64,000 bases of DNA from an uncultured Gammaproteobacteria bacterium (lineage in GTDB: Bacteria > Patescibacteriota > Patescibacteriia > SG8-24). The position numbers and the translations under genes are program-made. Shown one piece after another: positions 26,946-36,086 of this stretch (positions are counted from its first letter, which is position 1; every line of letters starts with the position of its first letter). The DNA lies in the NCBI GenBank assembly GCA_964491475.1, contig CAZBFO010000002.1, positions 16,501 to 80,500 on the forward strand. Reading direction: 5' to 3'. The notes beneath the pieces were generated by a model. The model was not told where the DNA came from. It made no database searches and saw nothing but the letters and a program-made list of their open reading frames with translations.

Positions 26946-28361
26946 TTAAGAGGCGCCTTTGCGGATCAGCACCACGAGCGGGGTGCGGAGCAGGATGGCC
27001 AGGTCGAGCCAGGGGGACCAGTTTTCGATGTAGAAGGTGTCGAGGCGGACCTCTTCGTCGAAGGTGAGGTCGGCGCGACCGGAGACCTGGGCCATGCCGG
27101 TGATACCGGGTTTGATGGTAAGCACGCGGCGCTGGCGATCGTCGTACTTGGCGACTTCCTCTGGCAGATGCGGGCGGGGACCGACCAGGCTCATCTTGCC
27201 CATGAATACCAGGAAGAACTCGGGGAGCTCGTCGATGGACCACTTGCGGATGAACTTGCCGACGCGCGTCACGCGCGGATCGTCCTTGATCTTCACCAGC
27301 GGACCGTCGGCGCGCGTGTCGAGATGCGACAGCTCGCCGTAGCGCTGCTCGTGCGTCTTGGGTTTCATGGAGCGGAACTTGAAGTAGCGGAAGGGGACGC
27401 CGTGCTCGCCGACGCGCTTGACCGCGGAGCCGTCATCGAGGCGGGAGAACAGCACCGGTCCGCGCGAGTCGAGCTTGATGGCAATGGCCGTTACCAGCAT
27501 GATCGGCGAAGTGAAGATGATCAGCAGCGAAGAAACGATGATGTCGAAGATGCGCTTGAAGATCCTGCCCCAGCCGTCGAGCCGCGTGCCTTTGATTTCC
27601 ACGATGGGTACGCCGGCGATGGCGCCGATATCGACGTTGCTGGCGTGGGTGTCGAGCAGGTCGGCGGAGTACTTGAAGACCAGGTGGCGCGATTGCGCGA
27701 AGCCGAGCGCGCGGCCGAGGGAGTCGCGGTCGATGTTGGGGTCGGTCACCAGGATTTCGTCGATCTCGTGCTTGGCGGCCAGCTCCTCGAAGGCCTTGTG
27801 GGCAGCGTCATCGAAAACGGGGACGCGTTTCACGATCTGGTAACCGTTGGCCTTGTTCGCGGAAAACTCGCCGACGAGCAAAGCGGTGGTTCGGTCGTCG
27901 CCGCCGATAATTGCGACTTTGCGAATGCCGATGCCGAAGCGCGTCAGCGCGCGCTGCAGCAGGCGGATGGCCACGCGGCCCGTCGCCACGTACAGGAACG
28001 ACAGCACCCAAGCCGCCAGCACGATGAAGCGCGAGGCAAACAGCGCGCTATCAAAAAAGATGAGCGCCACCACCGCCATGATCGCCGCCGAGGAGGCAAG
28101 AAGGATGCGCGAGACTTCCGATTTGAGCTTGCGCGCGCTCGACACGCCGTACAGTCCGGCCAGGGCGAAACACAAAACGAACACGCCTGCCGCGATCGCC
28201 GAGACGGCCAAGAACTGGTTGATGGGAATCAGCAGCACCGCCGGTCGGAAGGCGGCAAAGGCACCGAAGCGGAGGTTGTGCGCGGTCAGCGCCGCCGCGA
28301 AGACGAGAAGGTAGTCCAGAGGGACCAAAATCGCCGTAAACGCCAGTTCGGATTTCTTCAT
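26946..28361 (-). CDS. undecaprenyl-phosphate sugar phosphotransferase (WbaP/exopolysaccharide priming transferase family)
   Basis: Multi-TM N-terminus. C-terminal bacterial sugar transferase motif (..[15 protein letters not shown]..). Confidence 0.8.
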   Translation of the reverse strand: MKKSELAFTAILVPLDYLLVFAAALTAHNLRFGAFAAFRPAVLLIPINQFLAVSAIAAGVFVLCFALAGLYGVSSARKLKSEVSRILLASSAAIMAVVALIFFDSALFASRFIVLAAWVLSFLYVATGRVAIRLLQRALTRFGIGIRKVAIIGGDDRTTALLVGEFSANKANGYQIVKRVPVFDDAAHKAFEELAAKHEIDEILVTDPNIDRDSLGRALGFAQSRHLVFKYSADLLDTHASNVDIGAIAGVPIVEIKGTRLDGWGRIFKRIFDIIVSSLLIIFTSPIMLVTAIAIKLDSRGPVLFSRLDDGSAVKRVGEHGVPFRYFKFRSMKPKTHEQRYGELSHLDTRADGPLVKIKDDPRVTRVGKFIRKWSIDELPEFFLVFMGKMSLVGPRPHLPEEVAKYDDRQRRVLTIKPGITGMAQVSGRADLTFDEEVRLDTFYIENWSPWLDLAILLRTPLVVLIRKGAS

Positions 28362-28423
28362 AACCCTCTTATCTTAGAAGTTCGGAGTGAATAGGGCAAT
28401 GGAGTCGTAAAGGGCATAGAGCA

Positions 28424-28452
28424 TTGACTTTTTAGCTTAGATGAGGTATATT
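28424..28452 (+). promoter_or_regulatory. sigma70-type promoter (TTGACT-17-TATATT)
   Basis: Upstream of the CDS at 28644. It would produce a roughly 190-nt leader. Confidence 0.45.
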
Positions 28453-28643
28453 TCCGAGTCGCTCACTTCATCCACACCCAATACCGCCAAACGCAGGAGA
28501 AGCTTGGCTGCAGCGGAAAACGGCTTTTTTCGAGGCCGTTCCTCGCTGTGGCAAAGTCTTGGTGGCCGAGCCTTGCCCAATATCGGGCACAGCGAACGCG
28601 ACTTTGTCCGCAAGGATCGTCGCACATCGAAAGGACAGTGGTC

Positions 28644-29222
28644 ATGACCACGAAATCCGCATTCAGTGTTCTGGGTCTGGCACATAAGTTCGGTCTCGCG
28701 TGGGAGAAATCCGGCGGTTCCGTCGAGGAGCTCAACGCGCTTGCAGAAGACGGCGAGAAACTTAAGCAAGCTCTCTCCGTGCTCCGCGGTGCCGCGACAG
28801 CGTGCCCCGTCTTGCTCGACTGCGGTATCGCGCCGTACGTTCCGGACGGTTGGACGGTCGAGGAACACCGCAACTGCGGTCTGCTCGACCTTGCCAATGC
28901 GAAAATTGACCTTTTCCGCGACGAGGGCCAAATGAGTCGGAATGGGATGGCCGGTGAGGCGCTTCGCAAGGCGCTGGCGGGCCAGCCGGTCCTCAACGCA
29001 GTAGTCCTCGACTACCTGCTCGAACATCCCTCTCTCATTCCGGCCGAATGGAGGGGCGTGTGCGTATTCTTTTGGGGAACGATCTACCGCGATTCGGAAG
29101 GCGGTTTGCGCGTTCGTTATCTTTCGTGGAGCATGGGTGACAAGTGGACATGGAGCAGCAACCTCGCCGGCTACCCTTGGTCCCCAATCTCCCCAGCCGC
29201 ACGGGCGCAGACCGACATTTGA
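28644..29222 (+). CDS. hypothetical protein
   Basis: ATG at 28644. Natural amino-acid composition. Promoter upstream and terminator hairpin downstream. Preferred over the R-rich opposite-strand ORF 28437..29027. Confidence 0.5.
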   Translation: MTTKSAFSVLGLAHKFGLAWEKSGGSVEELNALAEDGEKLKQALSVLRGAATACPVLLDCGIAPYVPDGWTVEEHRNCGLLDLANAKIDLFRDEGQMSRNGMAGEALRKALAGQPVLNAVVLDYLLEHPSLIPAEWRGVCVFFWGTIYRDSEGGLRVRYLSWSMGDKWTWSSNLAGYPWSPISPAARAQTDI

Positions 29223-29267
29223 TGTTTAGAGCAGCATCGTAGATATCTTATTCTCGTGCAGTCCTCC

Positions 29268-29305
29268 GCTCCGCGCGCATCATTCGCACGCGGAGCTTTT
29301 CTTTC
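29268..29305 (+). terminator. intrinsic terminator
   Basis: GCTCCGCG..CGCGGAGC stem followed by TTTTCTTTC. Confidence 0.55.
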
Positions 29306-29312
29306 CCCCGTA

Positions 29313-29340
29313 TTGACAAAAACCCCCTTTCCGCTATACT
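29313..29340 (+). promoter_or_regulatory. sigma70-type promoter for rnpB (TTGACA-16-TATACT)
   Basis: Consensus -35 at 29313-29318 and -10 at 29335-29340. Confidence 0.55.
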
Positions 29341-29370
29341 CCACCGAGTCCCGGAAACGGGACCGTAATG

Positions 29371-29862
29371 GTTTGCCAGACGATCGCTCCGCCTTAAAAA
29401 GCGGGGAGGAAAGTCCGAACACCCTTACCGCGCGCAAGCGCGGCAAGAAGCGGATAGCTGCTAACGGCAGCCGGGAGTAAGGACATCGAACGTTCCCTCG
29501 GGTACCGAAAGGTGACGAGAAAGCGGTTGATGACCCCAAGTCCAGGGAAAGTGCAACAGAGAATACACCGCCCAGCCGTCGCAAGACGGAGGGTAAGGCT
29601 GAAATCGTGGGAGGCCGGAGCAACGGCCCGACCCCTCGCCCCGAAAGAGGCGAACGGGAGCAAGAGCCCACGCGGCATGCCTCGAGAGAGGTACCGTGGA
29701 AAACCCTATCCGGTGCAAGAGCAAATTTGGTAGCTCGCTATTTCTACCGCTGGCCGCCCGAAAGGACGGTTACGTAGAGACGAAGCTCGCGCGCAAGCGC
29801 GGCTCAAGAGAGATGATCGTCCCGCCGCAAGGCGCGACAAAATTCGGCTTATCGGCAAACCA
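29371..29862 (+). ncRNA. rnpB: RNase P RNA (bacterial type A-like)
   Basis: P4 strands GGAGGAAAGTCCG and ACAAAATTCGGCTTATCGG. Also GTGCAACAGAGAA and GGGTAAGGCTGAAA conserved blocks. P1 formed by GTTTGCC/GGCAAAC. Confidence 0.8.
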
Positions 29863-29893
29863 AAAAACCCTTCTCGCAAGAGAGGGGTTTTAC
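29862..29893. terminator. bidirectional terminator shared by rnpB and the convergent CDS
   Basis: A-tract, then CCCTTCTC-GCAA-GAGAGGGG, then TTTT. Confidence 0.55.
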
Positions 29894-30999
29894 GTTCCTG
29901 GAAAAGTTTCGCCGTCGAAGCGGATGGCCATCATCCAGCGGTCCACACGCGCGCCCTTCGGTCCGTCGGTGTCCCACCACAGTTGCTTGAAGCGCGAGAC
30001 GCTCATCTTGCGGCGACCGTCGCCGTCGATCTCCGGGTCCACCATGAAGACGTGCTCGTCGGTCACGTGGTAGATGACGGAGAAGTGGTCTTCGACGGGG
30101 TGCACTCCGGGCACGAACTTCCATCGGCTTGGTCCGTCGGCGGGAGAATACCAGCCAACGATGACCGGCAGGCGTTCCCTGCGCACGAGCCGGCGAACCT
30201 CTTCGAGGCTTGCGGCTGACTTTGCCAGTACGTTTGCGCCCAGCGTTTTCGCGGCTTTTACCAGTCCCGCGTGGTTGGTCCCGTTCTTGGCAGACGTGCT
30301 GCAGAGCTTGCCCAGAAGCAGCTCTTCGTACTCGCGGCCGAAGAACGAACAGACGATTTTTAGGCTCGCGGGTCCGCAGTACCCGGGGCGCTGGCGGAAC
30401 GGCTTCAGCGCCAGCGGCTTGGCAGAACCGGCGGCACGCTGCTGCGCATACCGCTTCCTCTCGGCTTGCGTCGCCAGGTCATGCGCTTCTTCGTACGCCA
30501 TGCCCGACGCCATCGACTGGCGTTCGTGCAGTTCGTGAAAGAGCGTGTTCTCGATCTCGCGCGGATCTTGGCAGGCGTCGAGCCAGACTTCATTTTTCGG
30601 AATGTAGTCGTACACCAAGTCGTGTCCGCCGAAGATGAACCATGGATCGACGTGGCGGCGGATGATGTCGCCGCGAACGTGACGCAGCGTGAGCGTGCCG
30701 CGCTTCTCGCTGCGCAAGATAAGCGCGGGAACAAGACCCTTTTTTGTCAGGTTCTGCTTGAGCCAGGCGCGCGCCTTGTCGCCGCCCAACGAAGCCAGCC
30801 GGCGCTCGGCGCGAAGCACGCGTCGCAGGAACGGCAGCTCCTTCAGGTAGTGCCGGTCGATCCAGATTTCGTCCTTGGGGACGTACGGGTGCGGCGCTGA
30901 ACCTCGCCGTTGCAGGCGCGGTTCGTACTCCTCGACGATGTCGAGGTCGGGGTAGTACTGGCGCAGCCTGAACCCGTCGATGACGCGGATTTTTTTCAT
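29890..30999 (-). CDS. two-domain protein: N-terminal repeat domain of unknown function + C-terminal peptidase C39-like (papain-fold) domain
   Basis: C-terminal GYCGPASLKIVCSFFG (Cys motif) and ..DHFSVIYHVTDEHVFMVDP (His motif) resemble the C39_2/BtrH-like family. The N-terminal half has a duplicated ..[VI]PK[DN]E[IV]W[IL]D.. module. ATG at 30999 lies 2 nt from the trpS stop. Confidence 0.45.
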   Translation of the reverse strand: MKKIRVIDGFRLRQYYPDLDIVEEYEPRLQRRGSAPHPYVPKDEIWIDRHYLKELPFLRRVLRAERRLASLGGDKARAWLKQNLTKKGLVPALILRSEKRGTLTLRHVRGDIIRRHVDPWFIFGGHDLVYDYIPKNEVWLDACQDPREIENTLFHELHERQSMASGMAYEEAHDLATQAERKRYAQQRAAGSAKPLALKPFRQRPGYCGPASLKIVCSFFGREYEELLLGKLCSTSAKNGTNHAGLVKAAKTLGANVLAKSAASLEEVRRLVRRERLPVIVGWYSPADGPSRWKFVPGVHPVEDHFSVIYHVTDEHVFMVDPEIDGDGRRKMSVSRFKQLWWDTDGPKGARVDRWMMAIRFDGETFPGT

Positions 31000-31000
31000 G

Positions 31001-32056
31001 CTAACGGACTCCAATCTTCTTGCGAACGTCCTTCATGGTCGCCTTGGCGACCTTTTGGGCTTTCTTGGCGCCCGCCGCAAGGATACGTTGCACCTTCTCG
31101 GGGTTTTTGGCCAACGCTTCCCGCTTCTTTCGGAAATCGGCGAAATGGTCGGCGATGCGCGTGGCCACCAATTTCTTGAGGTCGCCGTAGCGGATGGGCT
31201 GCGTGGCACGGACGCGATCGGCTTCTTCCTGCGAACCGAAAATCCGAAGTAGCGTCAGCAGGTTCCAGACTCCGGCCAGGCCGCGAAGCCTTTCGTCATC
31301 ATGGCCTTCCGGGTGAGTCTGCATGGCGTGCTCCAACTCTTCCTCGGTCATCGAGATGATGCCAGTCGTCTCCGTCACGGCGCGCTTCAGCTTTTCGCAG
31401 ATGACATCGGGAGAGTCGGTCAGCCCGATGTAGGTCTTGTCGCCGAGCGACTTCGACATCTTCTTGAGAGGGTCGGTGATGCTGCGGAGCTTGGGCACGT
31501 CGGTGAGCATGGCCTTTGTCTCCGGGAAGTACTCGCCGAACTTGTTATTGAAGAAACGTCCGATGTCGCGAGTGAGTTCCACATGCTGCACCTGGTCTTG
31601 GCCTACGGGCACCCACTCCGCCTTGTACATCAAGATGTCGGCAGCTTGGAGCACCGGGTAATCGAACAGGCCCATGTTGATGTTCTGGTTCTGGTGCCCG
31701 GCCTTGTCCTTGAACTGCGTCATTCGTTCTAGGAATGAAACGGGTGTTACGGTATTGAACACCCAGCCCAGCTCGGTGTGCTCCTGTACGTGCGACTGCA
31801 CGAAGAGCGTGGATTTCTTGGGATCGATGCCCAGGGCGATGAGGTCGGCTGCCAAATCCAAAATCTGCCGACGTTTTTCGGCCGGATCGTAGTCGCCCGA
31901 AAGCGAGTGGTAGTCGGCAATGAAGAAATAGCACTTATAGCCCTCATTTTGCAGACGGACCCAGTTGCGGACAGCACCGACATAGTTTCCGAGATGGAGA
32001 CGCCCGGTGGGTTGGGCGCCGGAAAAGACAACTTGCTTGGACTTGGGTAAAGCCAT
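31001..32056 (-). CDS. trpS: tryptophan--tRNA ligase
   Basis: Class I motifs (..FSGAQPTGRLHLGNY.., KMSKS). Start at the internal ATG at 32056 (MALPKSK..). Confidence 0.85.
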   Translation of the reverse strand: MALPKSKQVVFSGAQPTGRLHLGNYVGAVRNWVRLQNEGYKCYFFIADYHSLSGDYDPAEKRRQILDLAADLIALGIDPKKSTLFVQSHVQEHTELGWVFNTVTPVSFLERMTQFKDKAGHQNQNINMGLFDYPVLQAADILMYKAEWVPVGQDQVQHVELTRDIGRFFNNKFGEYFPETKAMLTDVPKLRSITDPLKKMSKSLGDKTYIGLTDSPDVICEKLKRAVTETTGIISMTEEELEHAMQTHPEGHDDERLRGLAGVWNLLTLLRIFGSQEEADRVRATQPIRYGDLKKLVATRIADHFADFRKKREALAKNPEKVQRILAAGAKKAQKVAKATMKDVRKKIGVR

Positions 32057-32086
32057 ACGGGGTGAAGTATAGGGGGAGATGACTAA

Positions 32087-32173
32087 GGTGGCAACGCCGC
32101 GATCGGTAGCTCCACCGCCGCCCACTCCGACTACTCCGACACCCTCACCTTCGTGGCGACGGGGACGTTCTAA
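32087..32173 (+). pseudogene. orphan 3' fragment (29 codons) of the conserved C-terminal domain shared by the two downstream giant proteins
   Basis: Translates to GGNAAIGSSTAAHSDYSDTLTFVATGTF*. This is homologous to the last residues of the CDSs ending at 35947 (..AHSDYEDVLTFIATGTF*) and 39371 (..AHSDYADVLTFVASGTF*). An in-frame stop lies just upstream and there is no start codon. Confidence 0.5.
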
Positions 32174-32193
32174 CCTTGGAAACCAAAAGAACT

Positions 32194-32228
32194 GAAAAAA
32201 CGACCCCTAATGAGAGGGTCGTTTTTTC
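32194..32228 (+). terminator. intrinsic terminator after the gene fragment
   Basis: ACGACCC-loop-GGGTCGT followed by TTTTTT. Confidence 0.5.
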
Positions 32229-32380
32229 ATCGGTTCGGACACTTGTGGATAAGCCATTTTTTTGCTATAATGCAAGGGACATTAAAACTCGACGAGGAGG
32301 TCCAAAAATAAAAAACGTTCCCTTTTGCCCGCATTTTAGACTGAAAAGTCGAAGAAAGCGCGTAAATTAAAGCAAAAAGG

Positions 32381-35300
32381 GTGTACGACGCCATTTTTAT
32401 GAAGGAAGGTCTTTTGCGGGGTGTCAAAAGTCTGGCCAGCCGTTTCCTTGTGGCGCTGGTCATTCTTCAGAATTTGGCGATCGCCATTCCGGCCGCCAAT
32501 GCGGCAGAACAGTCCTCTTATCGTTGGCGCAACGATGACGGTACCGAAGCTACCGCCACCTGGGCTGCCGCCGAAAATACCCCTGCCAACGTGCTCCGCG
32601 GCACGCCCGAGCGCCTTCGTTTTGGCGCCAATCACGAGACTGTCGACGGTGACGTCACCACCTCCGTGCGCCTGAACGCCGGCGACGACGGGTATTTTCC
32701 CAGCGCGCTCGACGGCACTGACCTTTATGTCGCCTCCGCGGAGAGTCCCGCCCGTCTCCTGAAGTTCGACACCACCTCTGGTCCTCCGTATTCCGCCCCC
32801 GGCGAGATCGACCTCGCGACGGGCGAGAACAACGTCTATACGCTCGCGCTCGACACCGCCAACGACCGCGGCTACTTCGTTACCAGTACCGTCCCGAGCA
32901 AGGTGATCAAGGTCCAGCTCTCGACGTTCACCCGTCTCTCCACGCTGACCCTGTCCTCGGGCGACAATTACGTGGCCGGCTCGGTGATCTACAACGGCTA
33001 CCTGTACCTCGTCGCCCGCACCAATCCCGGTAAGCTGCTGAAGGTGAACCTGACCAGCTTCACCGAAGTGACTTCGGACACGCTTAGTCTCGGCGACGAC
33101 CTGACTTACGCCACTGCCAACCCGATCGCCAACGACAACAAGCTGTATTACGCCGACGGCAACAACTACGTCTTCAAGATCGATGTCACCAGTCCGGGTT
33201 CGTCCGCGCCGTCGATCGACACCACGTTGACCATCCCGACGCCGAGTTCGCCGTACAACAACGCCGTCTACACGTACGTCTACGGCGGCATCATCGACAC
33301 CTCCAACGATTACCTTTACGTCAGCAACTATTACGGGCTGATCCATAAGATCGACATCTCGGGCGGAACGACCTTCAGCTACGTCGGCTATACCCCGACG
33401 ATCTCTGCCCTCGACGGCGCGTTCGCCATCGACCAGGCGAGCGGCAAGCTGTATGTCGGGAGCTACAACGCCTACATTTCCAAGATCGATCTCGGCACGT
33501 TCACGCAAGACGCCGCCAACACCTCGCTTAACTACGGGAACATCTACTCGTTGACCGTCTCGGGCGACGGCAGCACGGTCTATGCCCCGTCTTGGGATGC
33601 GCCCGCGCACATTCAGGCAATAGCGACGAGCACGCTCACGCCCACGACCGTGTATGACGGCGCGTCCCGCGGCGACGACGGCGCGAACTCCGCGGTCATC
33701 GACACCGCGACCAATTACATGTACATCGGTACCAGCTACAACGACCGCGTCAACGGCGACGAGATCATCCAGGTGGACCGCAACACCATGACTCGCACCG
33801 GCCGCATCGTCCTGCCGGACGGCTACGAGTCGCTCGGTGCCGCGGCAATCGACGTGACCGACCGCTACGCCTACTTCATCGACTACAATGCGCCGTCGCA
33901 CCTCATTCGCGTGCACCTCGATGCGTTCCCGACTTACGACGTGCTGACGCTGCCGGCGGACGGCCCGTACTACTACCACTACGACGCGATGGCGATCGAC
34001 CCGAACCCGGCGCACCACTATCTCTACCTGGGCTCGTACGGCGTGCCTTCCGTCGTGACCCAAGTCGACCTGAACACCTTCACGCGCGGTTCGACGCTCC
34101 AGCTGCTTTCGTCGCCGATGGAGGATCGCCTTTACAACTCTCTCGCCATCGACACGGTCAATAACAAGCTGTATGCGGGCGTCGGCAGTTCCAGCGGCAG
34201 GGTCGTGCGCATCGACATCACCGGATCGAACCTGACGCGCAACGGCGCCATCAGCACGCCGAGCGACGCCTTTGCCAGCGCCGCGCTCGTCGATGAGGCT
34301 GCAGGGATCCTTTACCTCGGTTCCAACAGTTCCGACATCCTGAAGATCAACGTGGCCAACGGCACGACGTTCTCGATCATGGGCAACGTCTACGTCGGCG
34401 GATTTGAGGATTACGTCTTCAACTTCTCGCTCGACACGGTCAACGGCATGCTTTACGCCGGCGGTGCCGGCACGCCCGGCAAGGTGTTCCGCATCCAGAC
34501 GCCGACCTTCTCCTACGACACGGGCGACGACATCATCGCCCCGAACGGCGAGGAATACGTCTATACGGTAAACGTCGACAGTAACGACGGGAGCGTCTAT
34601 TACACGTCCTACCAGGCTCCGAGCCTCGTCACCAAGGTCACTGCCAACCCCCGGAAACGGTTCCGCCTCGAGTACGCGCCCAAGAGCGGTACCTGTGCCG
34701 CGTCGACCTACACGGCCGTCGCCAACGGCAACGATTGGGAGCCGGCGCTTTCGTCGAACGTGACCAACGGCTCGGCCACGACCAACGTGGTCGGCGGTCT
34801 GACCGATCCCGCGACATACTTCAAGGCCGGTTACGTCATGACCGCCGGCGGTCAGACGCCGGCGCTCCAAGTGGTGAACGATCACTTCTCGGAACTCGAG
34901 TATTCCATCAAGGCCAAGTCGACGGCCGCGCCGGGCGATTACTGCTTCCGTCTGACTGACGCGGGTTCGGCCCTCGCCACGTATACCAACTACGCCGAAG
35001 CGACGCTGAAGACGAACGACGTGACGGTCAGCAACAACGCCACGCTCGGCTCCATGAAGGTCAATGCGACCACCAGCATGACCGTCGGCTTCACGCTGCA
35101 GAACACGCTCGACGGGACGCTCACGGTCACGCTGCCGACCGCCCCGGGCGAGTTCACCATCAACTCCGATCCGCAGCCGTTCCCTTACTCCTCGGCGTGC
35201 TTGTCCGGCTTCGGTCACACCTCGAGCACCGTTTTTGCCACCAAGACCGCGTGTTCCGGCGCCATCTATCTTGGCGGCTTCTCGGTGACCAACCCCTCGT

Positions 35301-35947
35301 CCCCGGGTGCCTATACGATTTCGTGGGTGAACGATGACCCCGGGTACACCATCGTGGCCATCGTCGACTCCGACCAGGTCAACGTGAACGCGCAGGTCTC
35401 GCCGAGCATCACCTTCGACCTCAATGCCAACACCAACAACGCGCCCCAGGCCGCCCCGTACTCGGTCGCGCTCGGCACCCTGACGACCGGCACCGTCAAG
35501 CATTCGAACAACTCCGGCGTCAACTCGATTTGGGCCAACCTGGACACGAATGCCTCTGGGGGAGCGATCGTGACCGTCCTGTCGCAGAACGCGGCCTTGG
35601 CCTCCCAGTCGGTGCCTTCGGACACGATTCCCAATTCTGCCGCTTCGATGGCGGCTGGCGTCGCGAACTACGGCCTCTGCGTGAATACGATCACCGTGCC
35701 TAGCGCTACGGGAGGCACGTTCCAGGCGGCCGCTCCGTATAATCTCGGCACCTGCGATCCCGCCGGATCCACCAACGCCGTGAAGACGCTCTCAATGATT
35801 ACTCCGACCTCGATTCTCAACACCAATTCGAGCGGTGCCTCCGGCGGAGTCGCGGAAATCCTGGTCAACGCGGCCATTTCCAACTCGACGATAGCGCACA
35901 GCGACTACGAGGACGTCCTGACCTTCATTGCGACAGGGACGTTCTAG
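32381..35947 (+). CDS. giant secreted protein: signal peptide + YVTN/NHL-type beta-propeller-like repeats + conserved ~300-aa C-terminal domain
   Basis: Signal peptide ends ..PAANAAEQ. Repeated ~55-aa units (..LxKIDLxTFT.. / ..LYVGS..). The C-terminal third is alignable to the next gene. True start possibly at 32399. Confidence 0.6.
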   Translation: MYDAIFMKEGLLRGVKSLASRFLVALVILQNLAIAIPAANAAEQSSYRWRNDDGTEATATWAAAENTPANVLRGTPERLRFGANHETVDGDVTTSVRLNAGDDGYFPSALDGTDLYVASAESPARLLKFDTTSGPPYSAPGEIDLATGENNVYTLALDTANDRGYFVTSTVPSKVIKVQLSTFTRLSTLTLSSGDNYVAGSVIYNGYLYLVARTNPGKLLKVNLTSFTEVTSDTLSLGDDLTYATANPIANDNKLYYADGNNYVFKIDVTSPGSSAPSIDTTLTIPTPSSPYNNAVYTYVYGGIIDTSNDYLYVSNYYGLIHKIDISGGTTFSYVGYTPTISALDGAFAIDQASGKLYVGSYNAYISKIDLGTFTQDAANTSLNYGNIYSLTVSGDGSTVYAPSWDAPAHIQAIATSTLTPTTVYDGASRGDDGANSAVIDTATNYMYIGTSYNDRVNGDEIIQVDRNTMTRTGRIVLPDGYESLGAAAIDVTDRYAYFIDYNAPSHLIRVHLDAFPTYDVLTLPADGPYYYHYDAMAIDPNPAHHYLYLGSYGVPSVVTQVDLNTFTRGSTLQLLSSPMEDRLYNSLAIDTVNNKLYAGVGSSSGRVVRIDITGSNLTRNGAISTPSDAFASAALVDEAAGILYLGSNSSDILKINVANGTTFSIMGNVYVGGFEDYVFNFSLDTVNGMLYAGGAGTPGKVFRIQTPTFSYDTGDDIIAPNGEEYVYTVNVDSNDGSVYYTSYQAPSLVTKVTANPRKRFRLEYAPKSGTCAASTYTAVANGNDWEPALSSNVTNGSATTNVVGGLTDPATYFKAGYVMTAGGQTPALQVVNDHFSELEYSIKAKSTAAPGDYCFRLTDAGSALATYTNYAEATLKTNDVTVSNNATLGSMKVNATTSMTVGFTLQNTLDGTLTVTLPTAPGEFTINSDPQPFPYSSACLSGFGHTSSTVFATKTACSGAIYLGGFSVTNPSSPGAYTISWVNDDPGYTIVAIVDSDQVNVNAQVSPSITFDLNANTNNAPQAAPYSVALGTLTTGTVKHSNNSGVNSIWANLDTNASGGAIVTVLSQNAALASQSVPSDTIPNSAASMAAGVANYGLCVNTITVPSATGGTFQAAAPYNLGTCDPAGSTNAVKTLSMITPTSILNTNSSGASGGVAEILVNAAISNSTIAHSDYEDVLTFIATGTF

Positions 35948-35985
35948 TGATCGAGGAAAGAGCCAAGGTTGACCAAAAAGCACAC

Positions 35986-36016
35986 AAAAACCGCCCCGTA
36001 CGAGAGCGGTTTTTGT
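35986..36016. terminator. intrinsic terminator between the two giant-protein genes
   Basis: AAAAACCGC-loop-GCGGTTTTT. Confidence 0.55.
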
Positions 36017-36086
36017 GCATAAGTTGGCTTCAAGAGCGCTTATTTTTCTGGTATAATCAAAAGGAAATAAAAGAAAATAGGAGAAT

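Noticed and set aside
28437-29027. 196-aa minus-strand ORF
   Set aside because: The overlapping plus-strand ORF (28644..29222) has a promoter, a terminator and more natural composition, while the minus-strand product is R-rich. I kept only the plus-strand gene, at moderate confidence.
32087-32173. Considered whether the orphan C-terminal fragment is a DGR template repeat for the two giant proteins
   Set aside because: Differences between the fragment and the gene 3' ends are not restricted to adenine positions. No reverse transcriptase gene is nearby, and the homology covers the extreme C-terminus including the stop codon. This fits a decayed gene copy.
32336-35503. 1055-aa minus-strand ORF opposite giant protein 1. 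The same applies to 37065..38819, 47627..50332, 57818..59635, 52417..53721 and 45024..46226.
   Set aside because: All are antisense to well-supported genes and have arginine/glycine-dominated composition.
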